64,000 nucleotides of DNA from Bacteroidia bacterium (GTDB taxonomy: Bacteria; Bacteroidota; Bacteroidia; UKL13-3): the NCBI GenBank assembly GCA_025454875.1, contig JALONP010000009.1, forward strand, positions 65,696 through 129,695. Direction: 5' to 3'. The notes under the pieces were generated by a model. The model was not told where the DNA came from, ran no database searches, and saw nothing but the letters and a program-made list of their open reading frames with translations. The position numbers and the translations under genes are program-made. The first letter of the stretch is position 1. Each line of letters begins with the position of its first letter. Below are positions 39,339 to 48,664 of this stretch, piece by piece.

Positions 39339-42158
39339 TTATTGGTAAATTAATTTATGATGTACTTGCTGACCACCTTTGGTAAGTTGCACCAAATAAA
39401 TGCCTGGTTTTACATCAGCTTTTTCCAGGTTCATGTGAATAAATTCTGCACTTTTTTGTTCAGTATGTTCCCATACAAGTTGCCCAGTTATCGAAACAAT
39501 CCGAATTTGAATGGGATTGCCGTCATCTTTTACACCTGTTTTAATAGAAAAAAGTCCGTTAGATGGATTTGGGTAAATAGCTGTGCCAACCCAAGTTGTT
39601 TCTCGTTCAGTTATGGCGGTAGGAAGGGTGGTGGTTTCATACCTGTTTAAATAAACACGGTATTCGCCAGGGCCAAGTGTATCTTGGTATTCTGTTCCGC
39701 TTATCACAATGGAGTCTTGTTGAAATAAACTATACCATGTTCCCGCCTCAGGAAAGGTAATGGTAACAGGTGCTGCAGTTACACCAAAGTTCGCAATAAT
39801 GCTTGCTTTGGTTGTTTGGCTTGCAATTACCAATCTTTTAATGGCAGTAGCACCGGCATTGTATGTATAATTTGTTGTAGATAGTGAATCGTCAGTTATC
39901 TTGAGGCGATTCAAAGTAGCTGTTACTTCGTAAATTCTTTTTCTGCGAGGGTCATTCATATAATCCCAGCGTATGGGTTTGTTACCAACTCTTCCATTAA
40001 AATCTATGCTATAGTCATATCCAACTTCACCAAATTGCCAGATCATTTTAGGGCCACGCAATGGTAGCAACAAGCACATTGCTGCCTCAATACGTTTCAA
40101 AGCGAGAGTAGAGTCTTTTACGTTATGGAGGGGATTATTGCTGTTTCCAAACCGAATATTTTTATTTACCAATCGCTCTTCGTCATGGCTTTCGGCATAC
40201 GTTACCAAGTTTGGTTTGTTCCAGCCACGTTGCTTGTAGTTGCCCCAATTCAAATCGCTAGAGGAAGCGTATCCCATTGTGGCTTCGTTATAGTTATAGT
40301 TTAAATTTCCCCACAATAAAAATCCTTCGTTTGCCAAAACAGTTTCTTCATCATTGGCTCCCAAGTGTTCTAAAATCATGTAAGCACTCGTATCATAAGT
40401 GCGAACTTTAGCCATTATACGTTTCCAAATATTGATGCGGCTTTGGTCATACGCACTCCAAGCGCCAACATCAGTTCCTGTGAATTTTTGACTAAATCCT
40501 TTAGATAAATCAAAGCGGTAACCATCTACCTTGTATTCGGTGAGCCAAAAATGGATTACACTATCGGTAAATTGTTGAGTAGGTAAAGCCTCATGGTTAA
40601 AATCATAGCCAACACCAAAAGGGTGTTTGTCTGTTTGGTTAAACCAAGGATTTTGAGCTGTTGGTTGGCCATATTGTCCGGCACTCGGGTCAAAGTACAT
40701 GCGCACCATCGGACTTTGTCCAAAAGAGTGGTTTAATACCATATCCAATATCACCGCAAAACCTTGGCGGTGGCACTCGTCAATAAACTCTTGAAGGGCT
40801 TGTTTGGTTCCATAGTATTTGTCGGGAGCAAAATAAAAACTTACATTGTAACCCCAGCTTTCGTTACCTTCAAATTCATTGATCGGCATCAGCTCAATTG
40901 CATTTACTCCTAATCTTTTTAAGTAAGATAGCGTGTCTTTTAATGTTTGGTAATCGTGTCGCGCTATAAAATCGCGAACAAGCAATTCATAGATAACCAA
41001 TTTTTCTGAAGGTGGTCTGCGGAAGGTATCTGTATAATTCCAAACAAATGGTTGCTCACCGGTTTTTAATACGGAAACAATTTGACTTGTTTTACCAACA
41101 GGATATGGTTTTAGGTTCGGATACGTTACCGAAGGGATAGCGCCATCATTCCATGGATCAAGTACTTTTTGTGTGTAATAATCTGCTATGCGTAGTTGGG
41201 CATCATCAATTACATATTGAAATGCGTATTCGGTTCCCGGCTGTAGGTTGTTTAGTTGAATCCAATAACGACTGCCATCAGGCGTTTTATTCATTAAAAA
41301 TTGGTTATCAAATTCCCAATTGTTAAAGTCACCAATAACATATACAAATGATTTATTGGGTGCAAACAAAACCAAGGTAGCTGTTGTATCACTCGTATAA
41401 TTAATGCCATCTTTTACACCAACGGGCAAGGTGGCAATTGGTGGTGATGCAGGGCGAACCGTTATATATGTACTGTCGTATCGGGTATCGCCATTGAGTG
41501 TCGCAACAATTGCAAAATTGTGTTTGCCAACTCCAAGTGCAGATGCTGCCAAACGTATACTTAATATAGAGTCATTAGCAGCAGATAAAATGATATTGTT
41601 GTTTTGGTATAATGCGAGGCTGCATTTAGATGAAGATACTGCAGCTACAGTTATTGAATCGGTTTGTTTAAGCACTTGTGGTGATAACGGTGATTTAAAC
41701 TGAACAAAAAAACCACCTTGGCTTAAGTCTATATAAATATCACTGCCATCCGTATTTTTACCTTCTTTGCTTCCATTCACATTTCTAAAAACAAACGCCA
41801 GTTTGAGGGCAGTTACATTTTGAGGCAGACCGTAAAATGAACGTATATGGTAGCGCAGCGTATGTTTATTATTACCAATGGATGTCATTTTAACGCGCGC
41901 ATCGTCTGTTCCCCAGTTGCCTTGAACATATTTCCAATCAGACGGAGAAGTACTTGTTGACGTAATTAAGCCAGTATGTGCGTATACAGTTTGTTCACCA
42001 ACTAAACCTGCGTTTCCAAGCGTAGCATCAAAGGTCACGGTAATGGTATCATCAGCTGTTGCGATTACCGGATTAATGCTTACAACTTGCGCTTGTGTGT
42101 ATATTATACACGAAATGAGCAAGAGGCTTATACCTATTGATTTTTTGTTTAATGTCAT
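39339..42158 (-). CDS. GH13 alpha-amylase-family enzyme with N-terminal binding-module-like domains and a T9SS C-terminal sorting domain.
   Basis: GH13 conserved regions: VILDMVLNHS (I), GYRFDLSKG (II), LEHLG (III), YAESHDE (IV). C-terminal ...GIYLVQLTKGGQQVHHKLIYQ has the T9SS CTD pattern. Signal peptide present. It is the first gene of the SusCD operon. Confidence 0.8.
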   Translation of the reverse strand: MTLNKKSIGISLLLISCIIYTQAQVVSINPVIATADDTITVTFDATLGNAGLVGEQTVYAHTGLITSTSTSPSDWKYVQGNWGTDDARVKMTSIGNNKHTLRYHIRSFYGLPQNVTALKLAFVFRNVNGSKEGKNTDGSDIYIDLSQGGFFVQFKSPLSPQVLKQTDSITVAAVSSSKCSLALYQNNNIILSAANDSILSIRLAASALGVGKHNFAIVATLNGDTRYDSTYITVRPASPPIATLPVGVKDGINYTSDTTATLVLFAPNKSFVYVIGDFNNWEFDNQFLMNKTPDGSRYWIQLNNLQPGTEYAFQYVIDDAQLRIADYYTQKVLDPWNDGAIPSVTYPNLKPYPVGKTSQIVSVLKTGEQPFVWNYTDTFRRPPSEKLVIYELLVRDFIARHDYQTLKDTLSYLKRLGVNAIELMPINEFEGNESWGYNVSFYFAPDKYYGTKQALQEFIDECHRQGFAVILDMVLNHSFGQSPMVRMYFDPSAGQYGQPTAQNPWFNQTDKHPFGVGYDFNHEALPTQQFTDSVIHFWLTEYKVDGYRFDLSKGFSQKFTGTDVGAWSAYDQSRINIWKRIMAKVRTYDTSAYMILEHLGANDEETVLANEGFLLWGNLNYNYNEATMGYASSSDLNWGNYKQRGWNKPNLVTYAESHDEERLVNKNIRFGNSNNPLHNVKDSTLALKRIEAAMCLLLPLRGPKMIWQFGEVGYDYSIDFNGRVGNKPIRWDYMNDPRRKRIYEVTATLNRLKITDDSLSTTNYTYNAGATAIKRLVIASQTTKASIIANFGVTAAPVTITFPEAGTWYSLFQQDSIVISGTEYQDTLGPGEYRVYLNRYETTTLPTAITERETTWVGTAIYPNPSNGLFSIKTGVKDDGNPIQIRIVSITGQLVWEHTEQKSAEFIHMNLEKADVKPGIYLVQLTKGGQQVHHKLIYQ

Positions 42159-42210
42159 ACTTATCGAAGTTAAACAAAAGCCAACTTCAGTATGCGAGTT
42201 AAAAAAAAGT

Positions 42211-42229
42211 AAGTGTATTTCCTACACTT
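42211..42229 (+). promoter_or_regulatory. Palindrome AAGTGTA-N5-TACACTT in the divergent promoter region between the GH13-T9SS/SusCD operon and the CBM20/GH13 operon. A second imperfect site, AATGTtACATT, lies at 42251-42261.
   Basis: Perfect 7-bp inverted repeat seen directly in the sequence. Position is consistent with an operator. Confidence 0.25.
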
Positions 42230-42283
42230 ATTTGTTTTTTATAAAAATTTAATGTTACATTCGAATTAACAATTCAATAAATA

Positions 42284-44050
42284 ATGATTATGAAAAAATT
42301 ATTACTATCTATTATGGCCGTTGCAGCGTTAACAGTTGCAGAGGCTAAAAAAGTAAAGTTCCAGGTTGATATGACTGGGGTTGCAGTTAGTTCAAATGGC
42401 TTGCATGTTGCTGGAAATTTTCAAGCCGCAGCGGGTTTTCCTGACGGGCCGGACAATGGTACTGATGCTAATTGGGAGCCAGGCACTGCGGCATTAAGTA
42501 ACGGTGGTAGCGGCAATATCTACAGCTTGGTTGTCGATATCCCAGCAGGTCGATATTATGAGTTTAAATTTATCAATGATAACAATTGGGGTCCTGGAGA
42601 AGAACAAGTTCCTAATATCAGCAAAGTTGAATCTAATGCAAATGGTGGTCAAAACGGCAACCGTTGGTTTTATGTTGATTCTTTGGCAAACGACACTATG
42701 GAATTACCTGCTGTTCTATTTAGTGGAAGTGCACCTGCCGGTAAATTTGCGGTTCGTTTTGCGGTAGATTTGAAAAATGAGACCGTTGCAACCGATGGTG
42801 TTTTTATTGCTGGCGCTTTTACCAACTGGGGTGCAGGCCAACGTAAAATGACAAACTTATTCAACAATAATAAAGTATATGAATACATCGCCATTCTTGA
42901 CGGAGGAAGCTACCAATACAAATTTAAAAATGGTGATAATGGATGGGAATCTGTTCCAGGTGGATGCGAAGTGTCAACCAATCGCGAAGTGAATGTAACG
43001 GCTAATGCCACTGTGCCAGTAGTGTGTATTGGAAGCTGTACTGCATGCCCAACTGCTCCGATTCCAACTTATAATGTTACTTTTAGAGTTGATATGACCA
43101 ATACTACTTGTGATGGAGGATATGATTCAGTAACAGTAGCAGGAGCAAAAATATTCAAGAAGTTTCTCGTTGGGGCTGATTCAGTTCAAAGAAATTGGGG
43201 CGATGGCGCTTATACCTTGTCTGATGCAAACAGCGATAAAGTATTTGAAATTACATTACCAATAGATTCTGGTGAGTGTGAGCATAAATTCCGTTTCCAT
43301 AAAAATGGCATCACAAGCTGGGAAGGTATTGCCAACCGTAAACCACAAATTAGTTCTGATACTGCACTAACAGTTTATTGCTTTAATACAACGGCTGCAT
43401 GTGTGCCTCTTCCGGCACCTTCAAATATTACATTTAAAGTAGATATGACCAACGAAACCCCAGGTGTGGTATTTGTGATGGGAACGTATCAAACACCTAA
43501 CTGGCAAGCAGGTGCTATTCGCATGCAACCTGCTCCAGGTGAACCAGGAGTATTTATTGCAACTGTTAATAATGTATGCCCAGGTTCATTTAGCTATAAA
43601 TTTGTGAATGCAGCTGATGGTGATTCATCGAAACAGCAATGGGAAGAAAACTTCCCTGATACATTATCAAGAGGTTGTTTAGAAGGTAATGGTATTGGTG
43701 GTTTTAACCGCAGATACACCCGTACATCTGATTCGGCTGTAACCTTGTATTATGTATACAATTCATGTACTGTGGGTGGTATTGTAGGCTTAGCAAAAGT
43801 TTCGTTAAGCAATACTTACAAATTGTATCCTAACCCTGCACAGTCATTTACAGTAATTGCTTTTAATGACAATGCTGCTTCACACACTGCGGTTTTAATG
43901 GACATTACTGGACGTGTAATCCAATCGTTTGAAAATATTACTGCCAACGAATTAACCATTCCAACAGCAGGATTAAACCAAGGTATTTATTTTATTAAAG
44001 CTACCAATACCCGTAATGAGTCGGTAACCTCAAAGCTTATCGTGCGCTAA
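42284..44050 (+). CDS. T9SS-sorted starch-binding protein with three tandem CBM20-like modules.
   Basis: Signal peptide. Three ~100-aa repeats, each beginning [KN]V.F.VDMT and containing the CBM20-like pattern (AG.F..W ... Y[EQ][FY]KF.N..N.W[EG] ... NR). C-terminal T9SS CTD (...GIYFIKATNTRNESVTSKLIVR). Confidence 0.6.
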   Translation: MIMKKLLLSIMAVAALTVAEAKKVKFQVDMTGVAVSSNGLHVAGNFQAAAGFPDGPDNGTDANWEPGTAALSNGGSGNIYSLVVDIPAGRYYEFKFINDNNWGPGEEQVPNISKVESNANGGQNGNRWFYVDSLANDTMELPAVLFSGSAPAGKFAVRFAVDLKNETVATDGVFIAGAFTNWGAGQRKMTNLFNNNKVYEYIAILDGGSYQYKFKNGDNGWESVPGGCEVSTNREVNVTANATVPVVCIGSCTACPTAPIPTYNVTFRVDMTNTTCDGGYDSVTVAGAKIFKKFLVGADSVQRNWGDGAYTLSDANSDKVFEITLPIDSGECEHKFRFHKNGITSWEGIANRKPQISSDTALTVYCFNTTAACVPLPAPSNITFKVDMTNETPGVVFVMGTYQTPNWQAGAIRMQPAPGEPGVFIATVNNVCPGSFSYKFVNAADGDSSKQQWEENFPDTLSRGCLEGNGIGGFNRRYTRTSDSAVTLYYVYNSCTVGGIVGLAKVSLSNTYKLYPNPAQSFTVIAFNDNAASHTAVLMDITGRVIQSFENITANELTIPTAGLNQGIYFIKATNTRNESVTSKLIVR

Positions 44051-44132
44051 TTACGGTTAATTGATAGTATACAACAGAGCCTCCTTGCGAGGCTCTTTGT
44101 ATTTTTTACCAACGCTATTTAAAAGTATTGCA

Positions 44133-45941
44133 ATGAAGTTTCGTATTTTTTGTTTGTTGTTTTTTTGTGTCTTGAATAATGCAATTGCACAAACTGTGCA
44201 ATTCTATCCACCTAATTGGTATGTAGGCATGGAGGACACAACCTTCCAACTTATCATTAAACAAAAAGATATTGGCTTGTCATTAAAAGGTATTACGTCT
44301 GCAAACGAGTCGTTAAAGGTTATTTCTTATGAACAAACAAATCATCCTGATTATGTATTAGTGGAATGCGTTGTTCCTAAATTAGCTAAAGCAGGAAAAG
44401 TAGCCTTGGTTGTGAATGGGAAAAAGCGCTTACCTTATGAACTGCTGACCAAAGGAGCCAAACCAGAGCCTTTAACAGGAAATGATTTGGTTTATGTAAT
44501 CATGCCTGATCGGTTTGCAAATGGTGATGCCACCAATGACGTGGTGAAAGGCATGCGTGAGCAAACGTGCAACCGTGCAGAAATGTATGCAAGGCATGGA
44601 GGTGATTTAGTTGGAATCAAACAAAAGCTTGGTTACATTGATTCGCTTGGCGCAACTGCTATTTGGTTAACACCATTTCAAGAAAACAATGAACATGCGG
44701 CATCTTACCATGGTTACGCCATCACCAATCATTATAAGGTAGATCCTCGATTTGGAACCAACAATGAGTATGTGGAACTCAGTAAAGCAGCAAAAGCCAG
44801 CGGATTTAAATGGGTACTTGATTTGGTATTTAACCATATTGGTGATGGACATTGGTTGTACCTTGACAAACCTTTTCCGAATGCCGTGCATGCATTTGAT
44901 TCATTTACCAGAACCAATTACCGCGCCAACACACTCATGGATCCATATGCTGCCAAGCGTGACCAAAAACTTTTTACCGAAGGTTGGTTTGATAAACATA
45001 TGCCCGACCTTAATTGCGATGATCCAATTGTTGCAAGGTACCTTATTCAGAATACGTTGTGGTGGATTGAAAATAGTCAAGCAGATGGTATTCGCATTGA
45101 TACATATTCTTATCCAGAACAAGAATTTATGCAACAATGGTATCAGGCTGTTAGAAAGGAATACCCGAAACTAGCAGTATTTGGTGAGATATGGGAACAT
45201 GCTGTTCCACTGCAATCGTATTTTGTACCCAAGCAAAAGAGTACACAAGAAAACATGCAACACCTGCTCGATTTTCAATTTTGTTTTGCCATTGATGACG
45301 CGGTGAATCAAAAGGATGGCTGGACAGAAGGCATTTCAAAATTGTATTACACGTTAACGCAAGATTATCAATATAGCGATCCTTACGGTCATATTATTTT
45401 TATGGATAACCATGATTTGGACCGCTTTTATTCAATCATTCAGTATGATTTGCAAAAGTGGAAAGCTGCGGTTGGTTTGATGTTAACTACAAGGGGTATT
45501 CCATCCATTTTGTATGGTACCGAAATACTGATGCGCAATAAAGGTGAACATGGTTTGATTAGAGAAGATTTTATAGGAGGATGGCCAACAGATACACTCA
45601 ATAAATTTGTAGCAAATGGAAGAACCGCTGAAGAAAATGAAGCTTGGAATTATTTAAGCTTGCTTGCTAATTGGCGTAAATCGAATCCAGCATTAAGCGG
45701 AAAACTTACCCATTTTATTCCTGAAAATGGGGTTTACGTTTATTTCAGAATAAACGGAATACATAAGGTAATGGTGGTTTACAACAGCAATGCAGATTCA
45801 AAAGAAATTCAGCTGAGTCGTTTTGCTGAGTTGCTTAACGGACATTCAACACTTCAAAATGTGGTTACTCAAAATACATTGTCAATTAAACCAACGCTTG
45901 TAGTTCCAAAAGGTGAACTATTGATTTTTGAAGTGAAATAA
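44133..45941 (+). CDS. GH13 alpha-amylase-family enzyme (neopullulanase/cyclomaltodextrinase-like), secreted.
   Basis: Signal peptide MKFRIFCLLFFCVLNNAIAQ. GH13 motifs: GGDLVGIKQKLGYIDSLGATAIWLTP, VLDLVFNH, DGIRIDT, FGEIWE, FMDNHD. Confidence 0.8.
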   Translation: MKFRIFCLLFFCVLNNAIAQTVQFYPPNWYVGMEDTTFQLIIKQKDIGLSLKGITSANESLKVISYEQTNHPDYVLVECVVPKLAKAGKVALVVNGKKRLPYELLTKGAKPEPLTGNDLVYVIMPDRFANGDATNDVVKGMREQTCNRAEMYARHGGDLVGIKQKLGYIDSLGATAIWLTPFQENNEHAASYHGYAITNHYKVDPRFGTNNEYVELSKAAKASGFKWVLDLVFNHIGDGHWLYLDKPFPNAVHAFDSFTRTNYRANTLMDPYAAKRDQKLFTEGWFDKHMPDLNCDDPIVARYLIQNTLWWIENSQADGIRIDTYSYPEQEFMQQWYQAVRKEYPKLAVFGEIWEHAVPLQSYFVPKQKSTQENMQHLLDFQFCFAIDDAVNQKDGWTEGISKLYYTLTQDYQYSDPYGHIIFMDNHDLDRFYSIIQYDLQKWKAAVGLMLTTRGIPSILYGTEILMRNKGEHGLIREDFIGGWPTDTLNKFVANGRTAEENEAWNYLSLLANWRKSNPALSGKLTHFIPENGVYVYFRINGIHKVMVVYNSNADSKEIQLSRFAELLNGHSTLQNVVTQNTLSIKPTLVVPKGELLIFEVK

Positions 45942-45954
45942 AAGTTGAGTTAAA

Positions 45955-47301
45955 TTATGGTGCAGTTTTTACACGTATATCTGTACTGTCTTGCACATAC
46001 ACCATTGAAACTGCTCCGCAAAGCATGAGTATTCCTGCCAATACAATGGCATACATTGCATTGTTATTGTAAATATTTTTGACAATGGGACCACCAATTA
46101 TTCCATTTACAATTTGCGGTATGGTGATAAAGAAGTTAAAGATACCCATGTACACACCCATTTTTCCACTCGGAATACTTCCGGCTAATATTGCATAAGG
46201 CATCGATAAGATAGATGCCCAAGCAAAACCCACACCCACCATTGAGAGCAACAAATCTGTTTTGTCATTTGCAAAATACATTGATATTAAACCAACACCG
46301 CCAGCTAACAACGAAAATGCGTGTGTTTTTTTTCTGCCAAGTTTACGTGCAATTGCGGGTAACAACAACGCATATATTGCACTTACACCATTGTATACAC
46401 CAAAAATAATTCCGGTCCAATTTTGCGCATCCCTAAATGCATCGCTGCTCGTGTCTGTAATGGGTAATTGGAATACGTGATGTGCTATGGCAGGAGTGGT
46501 AAATACCCACATGCTAAACAACGCAAACCAACTAAAGAACTGAACCAATCCTAATTGGCGCATGGTAGCAGGCATGCGTCTAAAGTCTTTGAAGATGGTA
46601 CTGAACGAGGTGTGCTCTTCAGTGCTTTTGCCATGGTAACGTTCATAATCAGCAGGCGCATATTCTTTGGCAAATACAACCGTGATTAAGATACAACTTA
46701 AAAATACCACAGCACCAATGTAGAATGAGTAAATTACATTTTGTGCAACTTGGCCAGCGGGAGCTGACGATGAAACATGTGCATAATTATCGAGTATGTA
46801 CGGAAGCCAAGAACCTGCAACAGCACCTATGCCAATTAAAAAGGTTTGAATACTAAAGCCGAGGGTGCGTTGTGAGTCAGGTAAATTATCAGCCACCAAT
46901 GCCCTGAACGGTTCCATGGCTACATTGATACTTGCATCCATTAACATCAGCATGCAAGCACCAATAAACAAGGCCGATTTCGCTTGAAGCAGAGCTGCTG
47001 AATTGGGTAATAACAACAGCGCCAAACAACAAATGAGGGTACCCACCAAAAAGTATGGTTTTCTTCTCCCTAACTTGTTCCAAGTGCGGTCGCTATAGTA
47101 TCCAATAATAGGTTGCACAATCATGCCAGTGAGAGGAGCAACCAGCCAAAACCAACTGAGGTGTTCAACATCAGCACCAAAATTTTGCAAAATGCCACTT
47201 GCATTTCCGTTTTGAAGTGCAAAGCCAAATTGTATTCCCAAAAAGCCAAAACTCATGGATAAGATTTGACCAATTCGAAGCGAAGGTTTTGGTTGAAGCA
47301 T
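45955..47301 (-). CDS. MFS/GPH-family sugar:cation symporter (SLC45-like), likely maltose/maltodextrin uptake across the inner membrane.
   Basis: 12-TM-like profile. Start MLQPKPSLRIGQILSMSFGFLGIQFGFALQ with RRKP in loop 2-3 is typical of the GPH/SLC45 family. ATG at 47301. Confidence 0.65.
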   Translation of the reverse strand: MLQPKPSLRIGQILSMSFGFLGIQFGFALQNGNASGILQNFGADVEHLSWFWLVAPLTGMIVQPIIGYYSDRTWNKLGRRKPYFLVGTLICCLALLLLPNSAALLQAKSALFIGACMLMLMDASINVAMEPFRALVADNLPDSQRTLGFSIQTFLIGIGAVAGSWLPYILDNYAHVSSSAPAGQVAQNVIYSFYIGAVVFLSCILITVVFAKEYAPADYERYHGKSTEEHTSFSTIFKDFRRMPATMRQLGLVQFFSWFALFSMWVFTTPAIAHHVFQLPITDTSSDAFRDAQNWTGIIFGVYNGVSAIYALLLPAIARKLGRKKTHAFSLLAGGVGLISMYFANDKTDLLLSMVGVGFAWASILSMPYAILAGSIPSGKMGVYMGIFNFFITIPQIVNGIIGGPIVKNIYNNNAMYAIVLAGILMLCGAVSMVYVQDSTDIRVKTAP

Positions 47302-47311
47302 GGTTGTAAAG

Positions 47312-48664
47312 TTATTGTTGAACGATGATTTGAACTGATTGTGCGGGCAAATCAAGTTGCCCGTTTTTACTCACTGTCATGGGCGTATTGTGAATGCGTT
47401 TACCTTTTGGCAATTTCCATCCTTCTGGATTTGCTTTTACAGCTTCTTTTCCTGTATTCACAATAACGGTTACTTTGTGTTTTCCGTTGCTCCTTGTAAA
47501 TGCATATACCTGCATATTCGCATTTTCTTCTTTAAACGAAAGCCTTTCGTAGGTGCTGTTCGCATTGTTCCACAAAGCTTTATTTGTGCGTTTAAGATTG
47601 GTCATGGTACGGTACCATGCATATCGTGAAGTGTCACTCCACTCGTCAATGGTTATTGGGTCTTTTTCGAAAAAGCGCAAACGCCTACTAAGGCCAGCTT
47701 CTTCTCCGGTGTAAATAAGCGGAACGGATTGGGGCAATGTAAAGGTGAGTGCAGAATACAACTGCCAGGCATCGCCATATTTTTCTTTTACGGTTCCATT
47801 CCAGCTATTTTCGTCATGGTTGGTAATGAATAATAATTTTTGGGTGTACATGGGGAAGCGTTGGTAATTCTCATTCATCTCATTTCGGAACGATTCGAGC
47901 GATTTTTTTCCCTTGGCCATATCTTGGGTAACTCCCATAAACGTCCAACCATATGCCGCATTGAATGCTTTTGTAAAATAGGTATTCGGATTTTTGGTGA
48001 GGTCTGTATTCCATTCCATCTCGGCTAATAGGTAAGGATTGGGCCCAATTTCATCGCGGAGTCTTTCCCAAAAAGTGAGAGGCACCAAAAAAGCAACATC
48101 ACATCTAAAACCATCAATGTTAAACTCCTTAAGCCAATTCACCATTTCTTGAATCATTTCTTGGTTTAATTCTTCATTCGAATAATCCAATTGGGCTACA
48201 TCTGTCCAATCAAAAGGTGTTTTAATTTCACCTTTTTCATTCCGTTTATACCAATCTGGATGGTCATTTACCCAAGGGTTGTCCCAAGCGGTGTGGTTCG
48301 CGACCCAATCAACCAATACTTTCATTCCCCGCGCATGTGCTTGTTGCACTAATTCTTTAAAGTCTTCTCTGCTTCCATATTGTGGGTCTATCTCGTGGTA
48401 ATTTTGAACACTGTAGTAGCTCCCAACTGTTCCTTTGCGGTTTTGTTTACCTATTGGGTGTAACGGCATAAACCAAAGCACATTTACCCCTAATTGTTGC
48501 AACCGATCTAAATCAAGCAATACGTTTCGCAGGGTACCTTCATTGGAATATTGCCTGACGTTTACTTCATACATTACTGCATTTTTACTCCACTCTGGTT
48601 GCACGAGTTGCGCTTTTAATACAAAAGCAAATACACATAATAAGATGGTTAGTTTTGTTTTCAT
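47312..48664 (-). CDS. GH13 alpha-amylase, secreted (450 aa).
   Basis: Signal peptide MKTKLTILLCVFAFVLKAQ. Motifs VLVDWVANH, DGFRCDVA, NHDEN. 4-nt overlap with the upstream GH13. Confidence 0.8.
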   Translation of the reverse strand: MKTKLTILLCVFAFVLKAQLVQPEWSKNAVMYEVNVRQYSNEGTLRNVLLDLDRLQQLGVNVLWFMPLHPIGKQNRKGTVGSYYSVQNYHEIDPQYGSREDFKELVQQAHARGMKVLVDWVANHTAWDNPWVNDHPDWYKRNEKGEIKTPFDWTDVAQLDYSNEELNQEMIQEMVNWLKEFNIDGFRCDVAFLVPLTFWERLRDEIGPNPYLLAEMEWNTDLTKNPNTYFTKAFNAAYGWTFMGVTQDMAKGKKSLESFRNEMNENYQRFPMYTQKLLFITNHDENSWNGTVKEKYGDAWQLYSALTFTLPQSVPLIYTGEEAGLSRRLRFFEKDPITIDEWSDTSRYAWYRTMTNLKRTNKALWNNANSTYERLSFKEENANMQVYAFTRSNGKHKVTVIVNTGKEAVKANPEGWKLPKGKRIHNTPMTVSKNGQLDLPAQSVQIIVQQ

